Below, in pieces: positions 1 to 10,439 of a stretch of DNA of 64,000 nucleotides. The translations under genes and the position numbers were made by a program. Position 1 is the stretch's first letter. Each line of letters begins with the position of its first letter. A model generated the notes under the pieces. That model did no database searches. It was not told the DNA's origin and saw only the letters and a program-made list of their open reading frames with translations. Location of the stretch: positions 13,911 to 77,910 of the forward strand of contig JAHFDB010000002.1 in the NCBI GenBank assembly GCA_023249195.1, written 5' to 3'. The stretch comes from a bacterium (GTDB lineage Bacteria > Margulisbacteria > Marinamargulisbacteria > SXXA01 > JAHFDB01).

Positions 1-47
1 CTCTTAACCTCTAAAGGTTTTTCATAATGTGATTTTTGCTGTTTCAT
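1..47 (-). CDS. 5' end of an unknown CDS running off the window (MKQQKSHYEKPLEVK...)
   Basis: Minus-strand ATG (complement of 45-47) with an AAGGAGA Shine-Dalgarno 7 nt upstream. The frame is open to the window edge. Not in the ORF track because it is shorter than 60 aa within the window. Confidence 0.35.
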   Translation of the reverse strand, partial: MKQQKSHYEKPLEVK

Positions 48-83
48 TTTATCTCCTTTCGCGTTTAACTATCACTACAGTGA

Positions 84-758
84 CTAGTAATTAACCTTCA
101 CTAAACTTAACCCCTGAGGAGGTGCCGTCGTAAATAAATATTTTTTTTCAGCTCGCAGTACTTGGTCTGAAAATTCAGACACGCTTCTTTTTGCTTTCAA
201 AACCTCAAATATTGAACCCATAAGATTCCTTACCATACGATAAAGAAAACTGTTGGCCTCAATTATCAAACAATAATACTCAAACACCTCATCTCTTCCA
301 TACAAATTTGGCATAACAATGTGTTCAATTTCAAATCTATTCACACATCTAACTGTAGTTTTCTCACTAGAACCCCTACTTCTAAAAACACTAAAATCAT
401 GTTCCCCTATCATTATTTGCGAAAGCGCGTCAAAAACAGAGGTCTCTGGTACAAACCCAATGTGAGTAACAAAATTTCTCAAATAGAGAGGCACATTTAC
501 CTCTGAAAACAAATATCTATATTCTCTAGATTTAGCACAAAATCGAGAATGAAACAAAGAATCAGTTTCAACCACATTTTTAATTCTAATGTCCCAAGGC
601 AAAACAGAATTTAAAGCTCTCAAAATACTCTGAGAATCTATCGACTCTGTGATATCAAAATTAACAACCTGCCCTTCTGCATGAACCCCGGCATCTGTTC
701 TACCAGAAGCCACCAAAGAAACCTCAACTCCAACAATAGTAAAAAGTGCTTTTAGCAA
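84..758 (-). CDS. truA: tRNA pseudouridine(38-40) synthase TruA
   Basis: Motifs SGRTDAGVHAEGQVVNF and REYRYLF. The ORF as tracked starts at a TTG, but the conserved N-terminal LSYQGTFFSGFQRQ segment is encoded in-frame upstream (759-860) with no canonical start. Confidence 0.85.
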   Translation of the reverse strand: MLKALFTIVGVEVSLVASGRTDAGVHAEGQVVNFDITESIDSQSILRALNSVLPWDIRIKNVVETDSLFHSRFCAKSREYRYLFSEVNVPLYLRNFVTHIGFVPETSVFDALSQIMIGEHDFSVFRSRGSSEKTTVRCVNRFEIEHIVMPNLYGRDEVFEYYCLIIEANSFLYRMVRNLMGSIFEVLKAKRSVSEFSDQVLRAEKKYLFTTAPPQGLSLVKVNY

Positions 759-846
759 CTCACCTTCTACTGTCCTGAACTCACCTTTTTGTCTTTGAAA
801 CCCAGAAAAAAAAGTTCCCTGATATGACAGTTCACACTTAAAATGT

Positions 847-1200
847 CTAATCGACCAACTCTATTAAAGAAATAGAAGCACCATCTCCAAGCCGATTAAA
901 CAGCTTAGTTACCCTCGTGTAGCCACCTTGTCTCGTAACATACTTAGGCGCAACAGACGAGAAAATCTGATCCACCGTCTCCGGTCTTGGCAACACTTTC
1001 AAAGCCATTCTTCTTGAGTGCAAAGTCCCTGCTTTACCCAAAGTAATGAGCCTTTCAACAATACGCCTAACGGCTTTAGCTCTAACATCAGTAGTCTTTA
1101 TCTTTTGATGCGCAAACAAAGCAACTGCCAAATTTCTCAACAAAGCAATCCTCTGATCTGTTGGCTTTCCCAACTTCTTATTTCCTTTAGCATGTCTCAT
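847..1200 (-). CDS. rplQ: 50S ribosomal protein L17
   Basis: 117 aa, typical L17 sequence, located after rpoA. Confidence 0.93.
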   Translation of the reverse strand: MRHAKGNKKLGKPTDQRIALLRNLAVALFAHQKIKTTDVRAKAVRRIVERLITLGKAGTLHSRRMALKVLPRPETVDQIFSSVAPKYVTRQGGYTRVTKLFNRLGDGASISLIELVD

Positions 1201-1238
1201 AGCAAAGTCCTCTTTCCCATAACATTTAAAGCTTTGGC

Positions 1239-2198
1239 CTAAAAGACCTCTGCTCCTTTCAATATCAAACCATATTGCTTCAACTTAGCATTAATTTCAT
1301 CCGCACTCTTTTTGCCAAAGTTTTTAATCTGAATAAGCTCAGACAAATCCTTTTCAATAAGTTCAGATACCGTTTCAATTCCAGCTCTTTTCAAACAATT
1401 AGACGAGCGTGCAGAAAGCTCCAAATCATCAATTGATAAAGATAAAATGGACTCCTTAGACTTTTCCCCGCCACTAACAGCAGAAGAAAGCTCTGAAACA
1501 GACTCTATCGGCAAAGGTTTCTGATTCATACAGCCAAACAACTCAAATCGGCTCATTAAAATCTGTGAAGCCTCTTTGACAGCCTCCTCGGCTTCAACAC
1601 TTCCATTTGTCCACACATCCAAAGTCAAACTATCATAATCAAGTTCTTTACCGACACGAATGCTTTCAACTTGATGATTCACTCTAACAATAGGAGAAAA
1701 CGAGGCATCCACAAGAATGGTATCAATAGGCAACCCATCCCTCTTTAAAATTTCTGCAGGTGCATAACCAACCCCTTTATCTAAAACCAAGTCCATCTTA
1801 ATTTTTGAATCCGAGGAAACTTCAGCTATATGCCAATCCGGATTTAGAATCTGAACCCCGGTAGGAAGTTGAATATCCTTAGCCTTTAACTTCCCTTTCT
1901 TACTCGTCTGCAAAGACAGTTTCAAAGGAGTCTCAACATCAGCCTTAAAAACAATCCCCTTAAAATTACAAATAATATCGAAAACATCTTCCACTACATT
2001 TGGAATAGTCGAAAACTCATGCTTAACACCCTCAATAGAAATAGAGGTAATAGCATACCCAGAAAGGGCAGAAAGCAAAACCCGTCTAATAGAATTACCC
2101 AAAGTAATTCCCATTCCCCTTTCTAAAGGGGAAACAACGAATCTCCCCCCCCCATCCGACATCTGTTCAAATTTAACCCAAGGCAATGGCTTTGACAC
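1239..2198 (-). CDS. rpoA: DNA-directed RNA polymerase subunit alpha
   Basis: 319 aa with an N-terminal dimerisation domain and C-terminal alpha-CTD. Sits in the canonical position between rpsD and rplQ. Confidence 0.93.
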   Translation of the reverse strand: MSKPLPWVKFEQMSDGGGRFVVSPLERGMGITLGNSIRRVLLSALSGYAITSISIEGVKHEFSTIPNVVEDVFDIICNFKGIVFKADVETPLKLSLQTSKKGKLKAKDIQLPTGVQILNPDWHIAEVSSDSKIKMDLVLDKGVGYAPAEILKRDGLPIDTILVDASFSPIVRVNHQVESIRVGKELDYDSLTLDVWTNGSVEAEEAVKEASQILMSRFELFGCMNQKPLPIESVSELSSAVSGGEKSKESILSLSIDDLELSARSSNCLKRAGIETVSELIEKDLSELIQIKNFGKKSADEINAKLKQYGLILKGAEVF

Positions 2199-2216
2199 GT
2201 GACATCCTCCTAAAAA

Positions 2217-2840
2217 CTACATAGAATAAAATTCGACAATTAATTGCTCTTCCACCGGAATATCTATCTCATCTCTTGTCGGTATATGCAAAACCTTCAC
2301 AGATTTTTCTTTTTCATCATAAGACAACCAGCTAGGCAGAGTCTTTTCTTTGACTCCTTCCAAACGAGTTAACATAAAACCATCTCCCTCGGCTACTCTC
2401 AATGCAACAACATCTCCAGCCTTAAGTGTATAAGAAGTAATATTAACCTTACCTCCATTTACACTAAAATGGCCATGACGAATAAGCTGTCTAGCATCCT
2501 TTCTTGACTTAGCAACCTTCGCTCTAAACAGAACATTATCCAATCTTCTTTCAAATAAAGACAATAAATTGTGACCCGCAATACCCTTTAACTGCAAAGC
2601 TTTTTTAAAATAAATTCTCATCTGAGTTTCAGAAACAGAATAGAAAAATCTAAGCTTTTGTTTTTCTCTCAAACGACGCCCGTATTCAGAGGTCTTTCTA
2701 GTGACAACAGAACGAATCCCAGGAGGATAATTTCTCTTTTCAATAGCACACTTAGCGCTCTCACATCGAGCACCCTTTAAATAAAGTTTCTCTCGATTCC
2801 GTCTACATATTTTACAACTCGCTTCTAAATACCGTCCCAT
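2217..2840 (-). CDS. rpsD: 30S ribosomal protein S4
   Basis: ORF tracked to 2924, but the conserved S4 N-terminus MGRYLEASCKICRR begins at an internal Met (start at about 2840). Ends with an S4 RNA-binding domain. Confidence 0.88.
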   Translation of the reverse strand: MGRYLEASCKICRRNREKLYLKGARCESAKCAIEKRNYPPGIRSVVTRKTSEYGRRLREKQKLRFFYSVSETQMRIYFKKALQLKGIAGHNLLSLFERRLDNVLFRAKVAKSRKDARQLIRHGHFSVNGGKVNITSYTLKAGDVVALRVAEGDGFMLTRLEGVKEKTLPSWLSYDEKEKSVKVLHIPTRDEIDIPVEEQLIVEFYSM

Positions 2841-2850
2841 ACTAGTTCTC

Positions 2851-3234
2851 CTATACTCGCCTTCTTTTTCTTGGTCTACATCCATTATGGGGAATAGGGA
2901 TAACATCTTTAATTGATTCAACATCTAACCCTGTCGATTGCAGTGCACGAATGGCAGTTTCACGCCCAGCTCCGGGCCCCTTTACTAAAACATGAATACG
3001 CTGCATACCTGATACTTCCATAGCTTTTTTAGCGGCCATCTCCCCTGCTTGCTGAGCAGCAAACGGAGTTCCCTTCTTAGTACCCTTAAATCCCGCAGCA
3101 CCAGTAGAAACAGATGCAATAACCTGCCCTTCCAAGTCAGTAATACACACAATAGTGTTATTAAAAGTTGACTTAATATGAGCAACCCCCAAAGGAACAC
3201 TTTTCTTAACTTTTTTCTTAACTTTTAATGCCAA
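2851..3234 (-). CDS. rpsK: 30S ribosomal protein S11
   Basis: 127 aa S11 family, located between rpsM and rpsD. Confidence 0.93.
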   Translation of the reverse strand: MALKVKKKVKKSVPLGVAHIKSTFNNTIVCITDLEGQVIASVSTGAAGFKGTKKGTPFAAQQAGEMAAKKAMEVSGMQRIHVLVKGPGAGRETAIRALQSTGLDVESIKDVIPIPHNGCRPRKRRRV

Positions 3235-3257
3235 ATCAAAATCCTCCTAGCCTTTGT

Positions 3258-3632
3258 TTACTTAGTAACTTTCTTCTTCCCTGCAATAGCAACGCGCTTA
3301 CCCTTTTTGGTTCTAGCGTTAGTATGTGTCCTTTGCCCACGAACAGGCAATTTTCTCTTATGCCGTGTTCCCCTGTAAGATCCAATATCAAGCAAACGCT
3401 TAATATTTTGATTCACACGCCTTCGTAGATCCCCCTCCAGAACATAACTGCCCATGGCTGTCCGAAGCTTTACTATTTCATCTTCAGATAAATCTCTAAC
3501 CCGAACATCCGGATTCACAGAAGCTTCCTTCAAGATATCCTGAGCACTTTTGAGACCTATTCCATACACATAGGTCAGTGCAATCTCTATTCGCTTATTT
3601 TTTGGTAAATCGATACCGCTTAAACGTGCCAT
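3258..3632 (-). CDS. rpsM: 30S ribosomal protein S13
   Basis: Starts [10 protein letters not shown] and has a basic C-terminal tail. Confidence 0.94.
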   Translation of the reverse strand: MARLSGIDLPKNKRIEIALTYVYGIGLKSAQDILKEASVNPDVRVRDLSEDEIVKLRTAMGSYVLEGDLRRRVNQNIKRLLDIGSYRGTRHKRKLPVRGQRTHTNARTKKGKRVAIAGKKKVTK

Positions 3633-3641
3633 ATGTCTCTC

Positions 3642-3755
3642 CTACCCTTGTCTTTGCTTATGTTTACTATTTACGCAAATAACGCGCAAAACTCCATACC
3701 GCCTAATCATTTTACAATCCTTACAAATTTTCTTAACAGAAGCTCTAACTTTCAT
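3642..3755 (-). CDS. rpmJ: 50S ribosomal protein L36
   Basis: Manual translation of the minus strand gives [37 protein letters not shown]. It is below the ORF-track length cutoff but sits in the canonical infA-rpmJ-rpsM position. Confidence 0.9.
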   Translation of the reverse strand: MKVRASVKKICKDCKMIRRYGVLRVICVNSKHKQRQG

Positions 3756-3765
3756 AATACCTACC

Positions 3766-3987
3766 TCATTTTAATCTATAAATTATTCGACCTCTAGCCA
3801 TATCATAAGGAGAGAGTTCCACTTTAACAGCATCACCTAAAAGAACTCTAATATAATTCTTACGAATTTTTCCTGAGATATGTGCCAATATAATCTGGCC
3901 CGTTTCTAATTTCACCTTAAACTGTGCATTAGGTAGAGACTCCACAACAACACCAGCCAACTCAATTACATCTTGATTTTTAGACAT
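3766..3987 (-). CDS. infA: translation initiation factor IF-1
   Basis: 73 aa S1-like OB fold. Confidence 0.93.
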   Translation of the reverse strand: MSKNQDVIELAGVVVESLPNAQFKVKLETGQIILAHISGKIRKNYIRVLLGDAVKVELSPYDMARGRIIYRLK

Positions 3988-4000
3988 TTTTTCCAGACTC

Positions 4001-4756
4001 TTAATTTAAGGTTAGTATTTCAGGACCATCTTTACCAATAAAAATAGTATTCTCATAATGAGCAGACCATTTTCGGTCGGCCGCTATTATAGTCCATTTG
4101 TCTTGTAATGTTAAGATATCAAATGCACCAATATTTACCATAGGTTCAATTGCAAAAGTCATCCCCTCCTTCAAGGTCACCCCCTGACCTCTTTTACCAT
4201 AATTAGGGATCAAGGGTTCTTCATGCAATTGAGCCCCTACTCCATGACTATAGAGATCTCTTACAATCGAAAAACCAGCTTCTTCTACATGTTTTTGAAT
4301 AGCATAAGAAATATCTCCTAACCTATTTCCAGGAATAGCAAATTCAATTCCCTTAAAAAAAGACTCCCTTGTAACATTAACCAGTGTCATCACTTCAGAA
4401 TCAACTGGCTCCAACATAAAAGTTCTAGCCGCATCCACATGAAACCCTTGATAAAAAACCCCGATATCAACACTTACAATATCCCCAGGATAAAACACTT
4501 TTGATTCATGGGGGATACCATGAACAACCTCTTCATTTTTGGATATACAAGAAGAATGCTCATACCCTCTATATCCTAAAAAAGAAGGTTTAGCACCAAG
4601 GGCAGTAATCTCATTAAAAATAAGCCTATCTAATGCAAATGCATTCATGCCAACTCTAGTCGAAATTTCAACTTTATCAAATACATTAGCGAGAATTTTA
4701 CCCCCCTGCCTCATACTTTCAAGGTTTTGTGGGGTTTTCAAAATAATTTTAGACAT
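4001..4756 (-). CDS. map: methionine aminopeptidase type I
   Basis: 251 aa M24A family with metal-ligand residues in context. Positioned between adk and infA. Confidence 0.9.
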   Translation of the reverse strand: MSKIILKTPQNLESMRQGGKILANVFDKVEISTRVGMNAFALDRLIFNEITALGAKPSFLGYRGYEHSSCISKNEEVVHGIPHESKVFYPGDIVSVDIGVFYQGFHVDAARTFMLEPVDSEVMTLVNVTRESFFKGIEFAIPGNRLGDISYAIQKHVEEAGFSIVRDLYSHGVGAQLHEEPLIPNYGKRGQGVTLKEGMTFAIEPMVNIGAFDILTLQDKWTIIAADRKWSAHYENTIFIGKDGPEILTLN

Positions 4757-5390
4757 AAAATTTTTCTATTATTTTGTTATAAACATTTGCAGGAGAGTCT
4801 AGCGCCGAAACAGACACAAGTCTATCACCATAATACTCAACAAGCTCATTAATTTCATTTTCAAAAACTTGAAATCTATTTCGAATCACAAGCTCATTAT
4901 CATCTGGCCTGGTCATAAGTGCCCCCAGGCAAACATCGCAAACATCCAAAATCTTTGAAGGGCTATATTCAGTATGATAAAGCATCCCGCATCCGGTACA
5001 CACCCTTCTTCCCAAAAGCCTCTTCATTAAATGCACCAAATCAACCTGAAGATAAAAAACCTGAAGAGTTTCCTGTCCAACTACATCCAAAAGCTGATCC
5101 AAAACTACAGCTTGAGACACTGTCCTAGGAAAACCATCTAAAATAAATCCCCCATCAATATAGGGTCTAAAAGAACTCTTGAAAATCTCTACTACTATTG
5201 TATCTGGAATAAGACTTCCTGAAGCAGCATACTCCTGTATACTATTTCCCAAGACACTCCCAGACCCTATTTCATCTCTAATGATCTTCCCTAAAGAAAG
5301 ATTAAACAAATGGTAGTTTTCGCCGATAGACGCAGCCTGAGTACCCTTACCTGAACCTGGAGCCCCTAACAAAACCAATCTTAAGCTCAT
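4749..5390 (-). CDS. adk: adenylate kinase (zinc-binding lid type)
   Basis: P-loop GAPGSGKGTQA. Lid carries CTGCG...CDVC cysteines. Confidence 0.92.
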   Translation of the reverse strand: MSLRLVLLGAPGSGKGTQAASIGENYHLFNLSLGKIIRDEIGSGSVLGNSIQEYAASGSLIPDTIVVEIFKSSFRPYIDGGFILDGFPRTVSQAVVLDQLLDVVGQETLQVFYLQVDLVHLMKRLLGRRVCTGCGMLYHTEYSPSKILDVCDVCLGALMTRPDDNELVIRNRFQVFENEINELVEYYGDRLVSVSALDSPANVYNKIIEKFYV

Positions 5391-6646
5391 AAAAACCCTT
5401 CGTATTTTTTAGATACTAAAAGAGAATCTATCTGACGCAACAAATCAAGAGTTACACCAACAATAATTAACAAGGCCGTACCGCCTAGCCCCATAAAACT
5501 AGTTATTTTAGTCAAGTTAGCTGTTACTATAGGAACAAGAGCAAGAAAAGAAAGAAAAATAGCCCCAACCAAAGTTAATCTTGTAATAATTGCCTCTAGA
5601 TATTCCACTGTTGATTTGCCAGGACGAACCCCCATAATAAAACCACCGTATTTTTTTATATTATCAGACAATTCTTGGGGATTAAAGGTAATCGCTGTAT
5701 AAAAATAAGTGAAAAAGAATATTAACAAACAGAAAACAAAATTATACAAAAAACCATCATACCTATAGTAAATACTAAAAAAATTCTTAACACCCTCAAT
5801 CTGAGTATAATGAGATATCATTAGAGGAAACTGCAGAACAGCAGAAGCAAAAATAATAGGCATAACACCACCTTGAATAAGACGCAATGGAATATAGGTG
5901 CTTTTACCAGTATATAACTTCCTACCTACTATTCGCTTTGCATACTGCACTGAAATCTTTCTCTGAGCTTCCTGAACAACAATTATTGAAACAATAATCA
6001 TTAAAAAAACAACAACCAACACAAATACACCCAAAAGACTCACCCCACCCTGTATAAGGGTATAGGTATTGTGAATATAATTAGGCATTTGAGCAATAAT
6101 TCCAACAAAGATTAGTACAGAAGCACCATTCCCAATTCCAAATTCAGTAATAAGTTCACCAAACCACATAACCAGTGAAGCACCTGCAACCAAACCTAAA
6201 ACAGAGTAGAAAAGAAAGAAAAGAAAAGATGTGTCTGGGTATAAAAAATCTCTAAATCCAATAGTCATTACGGTTGCCTGCACAAAAGCAATAGTAATAG
6301 CTAAATACCTCGTGTATTGAGAAATCTTTTTTCTTCCAAATTCACCTTCCTCAGAAAGTTCTTTAAGCTGAGGCCATATAATAGTAAGAAGCTGAATAAT
6401 AATAGAAGCATTAATGTAAGGAAGCACCCCCAAGGCAAAAACAGAGAACCGGCTGAGGCCCCCACCTGAAAACAAGTTAAAAAACCCGAGAACCCCCCCC
6501 TGAGAAAAAAGCCTCTCGAGAGAAGCAAGATCAATTCCTGATATAGGAATATGGGTACCTAAACGATATAAAAACACAATAAAAAGAGTAAAGAAGACCT
6601 TTTTTCTTAAGTCCTGAAGCCTGAAAATAGAAAAAAAATAATTCAT
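5387..6646 (-). CDS. secY: preprotein translocase subunit SecY
   Basis: 419 aa polytopic membrane protein in the canonical rplO-secY-adk position. Confidence 0.93.
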   Translation of the reverse strand: MNYFFSIFRLQDLRKKVFFTLFIVFLYRLGTHIPISGIDLASLERLFSQGGVLGFFNLFSGGGLSRFSVFALGVLPYINASIIIQLLTIIWPQLKELSEEGEFGRKKISQYTRYLAITIAFVQATVMTIGFRDFLYPDTSFLFFLFYSVLGLVAGASLVMWFGELITEFGIGNGASVLIFVGIIAQMPNYIHNTYTLIQGGVSLLGVFVLVVVFLMIIVSIIVVQEAQRKISVQYAKRIVGRKLYTGKSTYIPLRLIQGGVMPIIFASAVLQFPLMISHYTQIEGVKNFFSIYYRYDGFLYNFVFCLLIFFFTYFYTAITFNPQELSDNIKKYGGFIMGVRPGKSTVEYLEAIITRLTLVGAIFLSFLALVPIVTANLTKITSFMGLGGTALLIIVGVTLDLLRQIDSLLVSKKYEGFL

Positions 6647-7104
6647 CTCTCAGACAACTGATTCACTGATCCCCCACAACTTTTCAGTTTTTCAAGAGCG
6701 GTCTTTGAAAAATAATGAGCATGAACTATTAGTTTTTTTGTAATTTCACCTGTTCCTAAAATTTTAATCTTGACCCCCCTCTTGGTCTTAACAAAACCTT
6801 TCTCTCCCAAAGAAACCGCATCAACGACATCACCCTCTTGAAAAAAAGTCTCCAATTTATTTAAATTAACAACACATATAGATTCCTGAAATAATTTATT
6901 GCCAATCCCACGTTTCTTGGGCAACCTTCTATATAATGGTATCTGCCCTCCCTCAAACCCTGTCCTTCGTGAATAACCAGTTCTGCTTTTCTGACCCTTA
7001 TGCCCCCGACCTGATTCTCCACCCTTCCCAGAAGAATTACCTCTTCCTTTTCGAGTAGATTTCTTAACAGATCCTTTTGCAGGTTTAAATTCAAATTCTT
7101 TCAT
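6643..7104 (-). CDS. rplO: 50S ribosomal protein L15
   Basis: 153 aa with a Gly/Arg-rich N-terminus. Directly follows rpsE, leaving no L30 gene between them. Confidence 0.92.
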   Translation of the reverse strand: MKEFEFKPAKGSVKKSTRKGRGNSSGKGGESGRGHKGQKSRTGYSRRTGFEGGQIPLYRRLPKKRGIGNKLFQESICVVNLNKLETFFQEGDVVDAVSLGEKGFVKTKRGVKIKILGTGEITKKLIVHAHYFSKTALEKLKSCGGSVNQLSER

Positions 7105-7122
7105 GATATTTTCCTTACTATT

Positions 7123-7674
7123 TTATGAAACAACCACAGGTTCTTCTTGAACAATTTCTTCTTTTCTAACATATACAGGGATATTTCTCCCCCTATATCT
7201 AATCTCATCTTGTAAATTTCTGCACCCGGACAAAGCCACCAAAGCAGCCTTAGCTGAATTAATAGAATTATTAGAACCCAATGTCTTCGCAACAATATCC
7301 TTAATACCTAAAGACTCTAGAATAATTCTCACAGCCCCGCCAGCAATAACACCTGTCCCAGGTCTTGCAGGTTTTAAAATAACTTTAGATGCACCAAACT
7401 TACCCTCGACCATATGAGGCAAAGTACCAGAAACAATATTAACCTTAAATAAAGATTTTTTTGATTTCTCAATAGCCTTTCTAATCGCGTTAGGTACTTC
7501 CTTAGATTTCCCAACACCTATCCCCACAGAGCCCTTTAGGTCCCCTGCAATAACAAAGGCCCTGAAAGCCATCCTCTTCCCACCTGTAACAACCTTATTA
7601 ATTCTATCAATTTGAATAACTTTTTCAACAATACCATCATCTTGTGCATTGTTTTTACCTCTATTCTGCTCCAT
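7123..7674 (-). CDS. rpsE: 30S ribosomal protein S5
   Basis: S5 dsRBD plus C-terminal domain (motif KVVTGGKRMAFRAFV), with a roughly 15 aa N-terminal extension. Confidence 0.92.
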   Translation of the reverse strand: MEQNRGKNNAQDDGIVEKVIQIDRINKVVTGGKRMAFRAFVIAGDLKGSVGIGVGKSKEVPNAIRKAIEKSKKSLFKVNIVSGTLPHMVEGKFGASKVILKPARPGTGVIAGGAVRIILESLGIKDIVAKTLGSNNSINSAKAALVALSGCRNLQDEIRYRGRNIPVYVRKEEIVQEEPVVVS

Positions 7675-7689
7675 ACAAAATACTCCTTA

Positions 7690-8013
7690 TTAAAAACTTA
7701 ACCCGTGTTCTCTTGCAGAATCCGCGAGAGCCTTCAACCGACCTGAATAAATATATCTCCCACGATCAAAAACAACCTTTTCAATATTCAAAGCTTTAGC
7801 TCGCCTCGCAAGCTCTTCACCTACACTCTTTGCTGCATTTAACTTAGTCATTCCCGTAATCTTCAGAGAAGAAGCTGAAGCTAAAGTAACACCTTTTTGA
7901 TCATCAATAATCTGAACAAAGATATGCATATTACTTCTAAAAACAGACAATCGAAGCCTCTCATGAGTACTCTTAATTGCTACTTTACTTCTTTTAACAA
8001 TTGACTTTGCCAT
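7690..8013 (-). CDS. rplR: 50S ribosomal protein L18
   Basis: 107 aa L18/L5e family. Confidence 0.92.
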   Translation of the reverse strand: MAKSIVKRSKVAIKSTHERLRLSVFRSNMHIFVQIIDDQKGVTLASASSLKITGMTKLNAAKSVGEELARRAKALNIEKVVFDRGRYIYSGRLKALADSAREHGLSF

Positions 8014-8025
8014 ATAATTTACTCC

Positions 8026-8562
8026 CTACTTCTTAACGCTCTTACCTTGTTTCTTTTTAATAAACTCCCCCATGTACTTAATTCCTTTGCCCTTATAGGC
8101 GTCTGGAGCCTTGAGAGATCTAATATTTGAGGCAACCTGACCTACAACTTCTTTATCTATTCCCAAAACCTTAATTTTATTCTGACCTTCAACAACAAAA
8201 GAAATACCTAGAGGTGGCTCAACAACAACCGGATGAGAAAACCCCAAAGAGAAAACCAGTGATTTACCTTGAAGCAAAACTTTATAACCAACCCCAATAA
8301 TTTCTAAATCTTCATGAAAACCAAAAGATACACCCTGGATCATATTTACAATCAAAGCCCTATACAACCCATGTTTAGCATCCAAACTCTTATCCTGGTT
8401 CAAATTTACAACCTCAATTATTTCTTCAGAAATAGCCAAAGAAATACCCTCGCACAAAGACAAGCTCAATGACCCTTTTACACCCTGAACATTGACGATC
8501 GAATTGTCAAACGAGACTTGAACATTTTTATCTTTTTTGATTAATTTTTTTCCAATTCTAGA
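8026..8562 (-). CDS. rplF: 50S ribosomal protein L6
   Basis: Conserved N-terminus (V)SRIGKKLI begins at an internal GTG. The tracked ORF extends spuriously to 8619 into rpsH. Confidence 0.85.
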   Translation of the reverse strand, partial: SRIGKKLIKKDKNVQVSFDNSIVNVQGVKGSLSLSLCEGISLAISEEIIEVVNLNQDKSLDAKHGLYRALIVNMIQGVSFGFHEDLEIIGVGYKVLLQGKSLVFSLGFSHPVVVEPPLGISFVVEGQNKIKVLGIDKEVVGQVASNIRSLKAPDAYKGKGIKYMGEFIKKKQGKSVKK

Positions 8563-8584
8563 CACACAATTCTCCTTGATCTTC

Positions 8585-8986
8585 CTAAGAAATAATTCCC
8601 AAAAGTTCACCACCAACATTTGTCAAACGAGCATTTCTACCGGTAACTACTCCCTTAGAGGTAGACAAAACACATATTCCAAAACCATTCATAACCTTAG
8701 GAACCTTATGTTTTTCGACAAATACTCGCTTACCTGGCTTACTCACACGCTCAATTTTACTAATTAAAGATCTTCCATCAGGGGTATACTTCAACCCCAC
8801 CTTAATCTGCTTCTTATTAAGATCCTCACTTAAGACTTCGTAGTACTTGATAAAACCTTCTTCTTTAAGTATTTTAATGATAGAAAGCTTCATTTTTGAA
8901 AAAGGAAATACAACATCATCCTGCTTAATAAGATGTGCGTTTCTAATTCTTGTAAACATATCTGCAATTGGATCTGTTACTGACAT
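8585..8986 (-). CDS. rpsH: 30S ribosomal protein S8
   Basis: Conserved start MSVTDPIADMFTRIRNA at an internal Met. The tracked ORF extends to 9040. Confidence 0.88.
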   Translation of the reverse strand: MSVTDPIADMFTRIRNAHLIKQDDVVFPFSKMKLSIIKILKEEGFIKYYEVLSEDLNKKQIKVGLKYTPDGRSLISKIERVSKPGKRVFVEKHKVPKVMNGFGICVLSTSKGVVTGRNARLTNVGGELLGIIS

Positions 8987-9002
8987 TGACAACTCCTTAC
9001 CA

Positions 9003-9185
9003 CTACCATGATGCCTTCCTAATTCCAGGAAGATGACCACTAGACGCTAACGTTCTAAAACAAATTCTACACAACCCAAAGAATCGTAAAAATCCCCTAG
9101 GCCGGCTACAAATACCACAACGATTTCTATATTGAACCGTATCTTTTTTTCTATTATTTCTCAATACTATAGACGTCTTTGCCAT
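9003..9185 (-). CDS. rpsN: 30S ribosomal protein S14, zinc-binding type Z
   Basis: 60 aa with a CGICSRPRG...CRICF zinc ribbon. This is the short S14 form. Confidence 0.9.
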   Translation of the reverse strand: MAKTSIVLRNNRKKDTVQYRNRCGICSRPRGFLRFFGLCRICFRTLASSGHLPGIRKASW

Positions 9186-9208
9186 GTATAACTACCTTCC
9201 TAAAATAC

Positions 9209-9751
9209 TCAATTCTTCCTAAAGGGCATACCCATCAATTTTAACAATTCATAGGCTTCTTCATCATTTTTTGCAGTTGTAACAATAGTAATATCAAACC
9301 CTCTTACGCGATCCATATTCGCCAAATTAATCTCAGGAAAAATATTATCTTCCTTGATTCCCAAAGAATAATTACCTCTCCCATCAAAACTATTAATAGG
9401 TATGCCTCTAAAATCTCTGATCCTAGGCAAAGCTGTATAAATCAACTTTGTCATAAAATCAAACATCTTTTCTGATCTCAAAGTAACCTTACAGCCAATA
9501 GGTTGGCCCTGTCTCAATTTAAAATTAGAAATAGATTTCTTAGCTTTAGCCAAAACAGGCTTCTGACCTGTAATAGCAAGTAATTGATCCATCGAGTAAT
9601 CAACTACTTTAGAATTACTAATAGCTTCTCCCAGCCCTCTATTAACCACAATTTTAACCAGTTTAGGGACTTCCATAATATTGCTATAGTTGTATTTTTC
9701 TTTCATTGTACTTCTAACAACAGAAAGATAATGTTTTTTTAATGTAGACAT
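9209..9751 (-). CDS. rplE: 50S ribosomal protein L5
   Basis: 180 aa L5 family. Confidence 0.93.
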   Translation of the reverse strand: MSTLKKHYLSVVRSTMKEKYNYSNIMEVPKLVKIVVNRGLGEAISNSKVVDYSMDQLLAITGQKPVLAKAKKSISNFKLRQGQPIGCKVTLRSEKMFDFMTKLIYTALPRIRDFRGIPINSFDGRGNYSLGIKEDNIFPEINLANMDRVRGFDITIVTTAKNDEEAYELLKLMGMPFRKN

Positions 9752-9759
9752 AGCATTTC

Positions 9760-10062
9760 CTAACCTAAGACCTGATTATTTTTTTTTGAAACTCTCATCT
9801 TTTTGCCATTCACTTCTCGAAAAGAAATAGAAACTGCTTTCCCATTGTCAGACAAAGCCAACTTAGACCAAAAAATTGGCCGAGGCTCCTCAACAATGGC
9901 ACTCTTAGCTTTATCAGAATCTTTCTTATGTTTTTTGACAATATTAACACCTGTCACAAGACACTTCTGACTTACAAGGTCTAGAGCAAGTATTTCACCT
10001 GACTTTCCTTTATCTTTTCCAGACAAAACAACCACTCTATCACCTTTTCTAAATTTATTCAT
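9760..10062 (-). CDS. rplX: 50S ribosomal protein L24
   Basis: 100 aa with a KOW motif (KGDRVVVLSGKDKGK). Confidence 0.92.
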   Translation of the reverse strand: MNKFRKGDRVVVLSGKDKGKSGEILALDLVSQKCLVTGVNIVKKHKKDSDKAKSAIVEEPRPIFWSKLALSDNGKAVSISFREVNGKKMRVSKKNNQVLG

Positions 10063-10070
10063 TAGGACTC

Positions 10071-10439
10071 CTATACTACTTCAGTAGCCAAAGAAATAAT
10101 TTTCATATAGTTCTTATCTCTAAGTTCTCTGGGAATTGGGCCAAATATTCGAGACCCTTTGGGAGCACCATCTGGATTAATAATAACAGCCGCATTATCG
10201 TCGAAAGAAAGACTAGTACCATCTGTCCGTTTAATTGTATTAATAGTTCTCACCACGACAGCTTTAACAACCTCACTTCGTTTGACAGCACCGCTAGAAA
10301 GAGCTTTCTTAACAACCGCAACAATAACATCTCCAACTCTAGCATATTTTCTTTTAGATCCACCCAGAACATGGATGCACATAATTTCTTTAGCACCAGA
10401 ATTATCCGCCACATCCAAATAAGTTTGTAATTGTATCAT
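10071..10439 (-). CDS. rplN: 50S ribosomal protein L14
   Basis: 122 aa, starts [17 protein letters not shown]. Confidence 0.94.
   Translation of the reverse strand: MIQLQTYLDVADNSGAKEIMCIHVLGGSKRKYARVGDVIVAVVKKALSSGAVKRSEVVKAVVVRTINTIKRTDGTSLSFDDNAAVIINPDGAPKGSRIFGPIPRELRDKNYMKIISLATEVV

Noticed and set aside
2985-3200. 71-aa antisense-frame ORF inside rpsK, and similar internal or antisense ORFs (e.g. 321..506, 1018..1242, 6301..6534, 6861..7094, 7101..7295, 14232..14492, 16098..16490, 16871..17143, 17582..17797, 18278..18463, 18765..19062, 21631..22171, 37033..38328, 42037..42536, 43260..43593, 44896..45252, 51330..51844, 52471..52788, 59696..59938, 62153..63477)
   Set aside because: All lie within or antisense to strongly supported conserved genes, have low-complexity or hydrophobic artefactual translations, and lack Shine-Dalgarno sequences. 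They are judged spurious.
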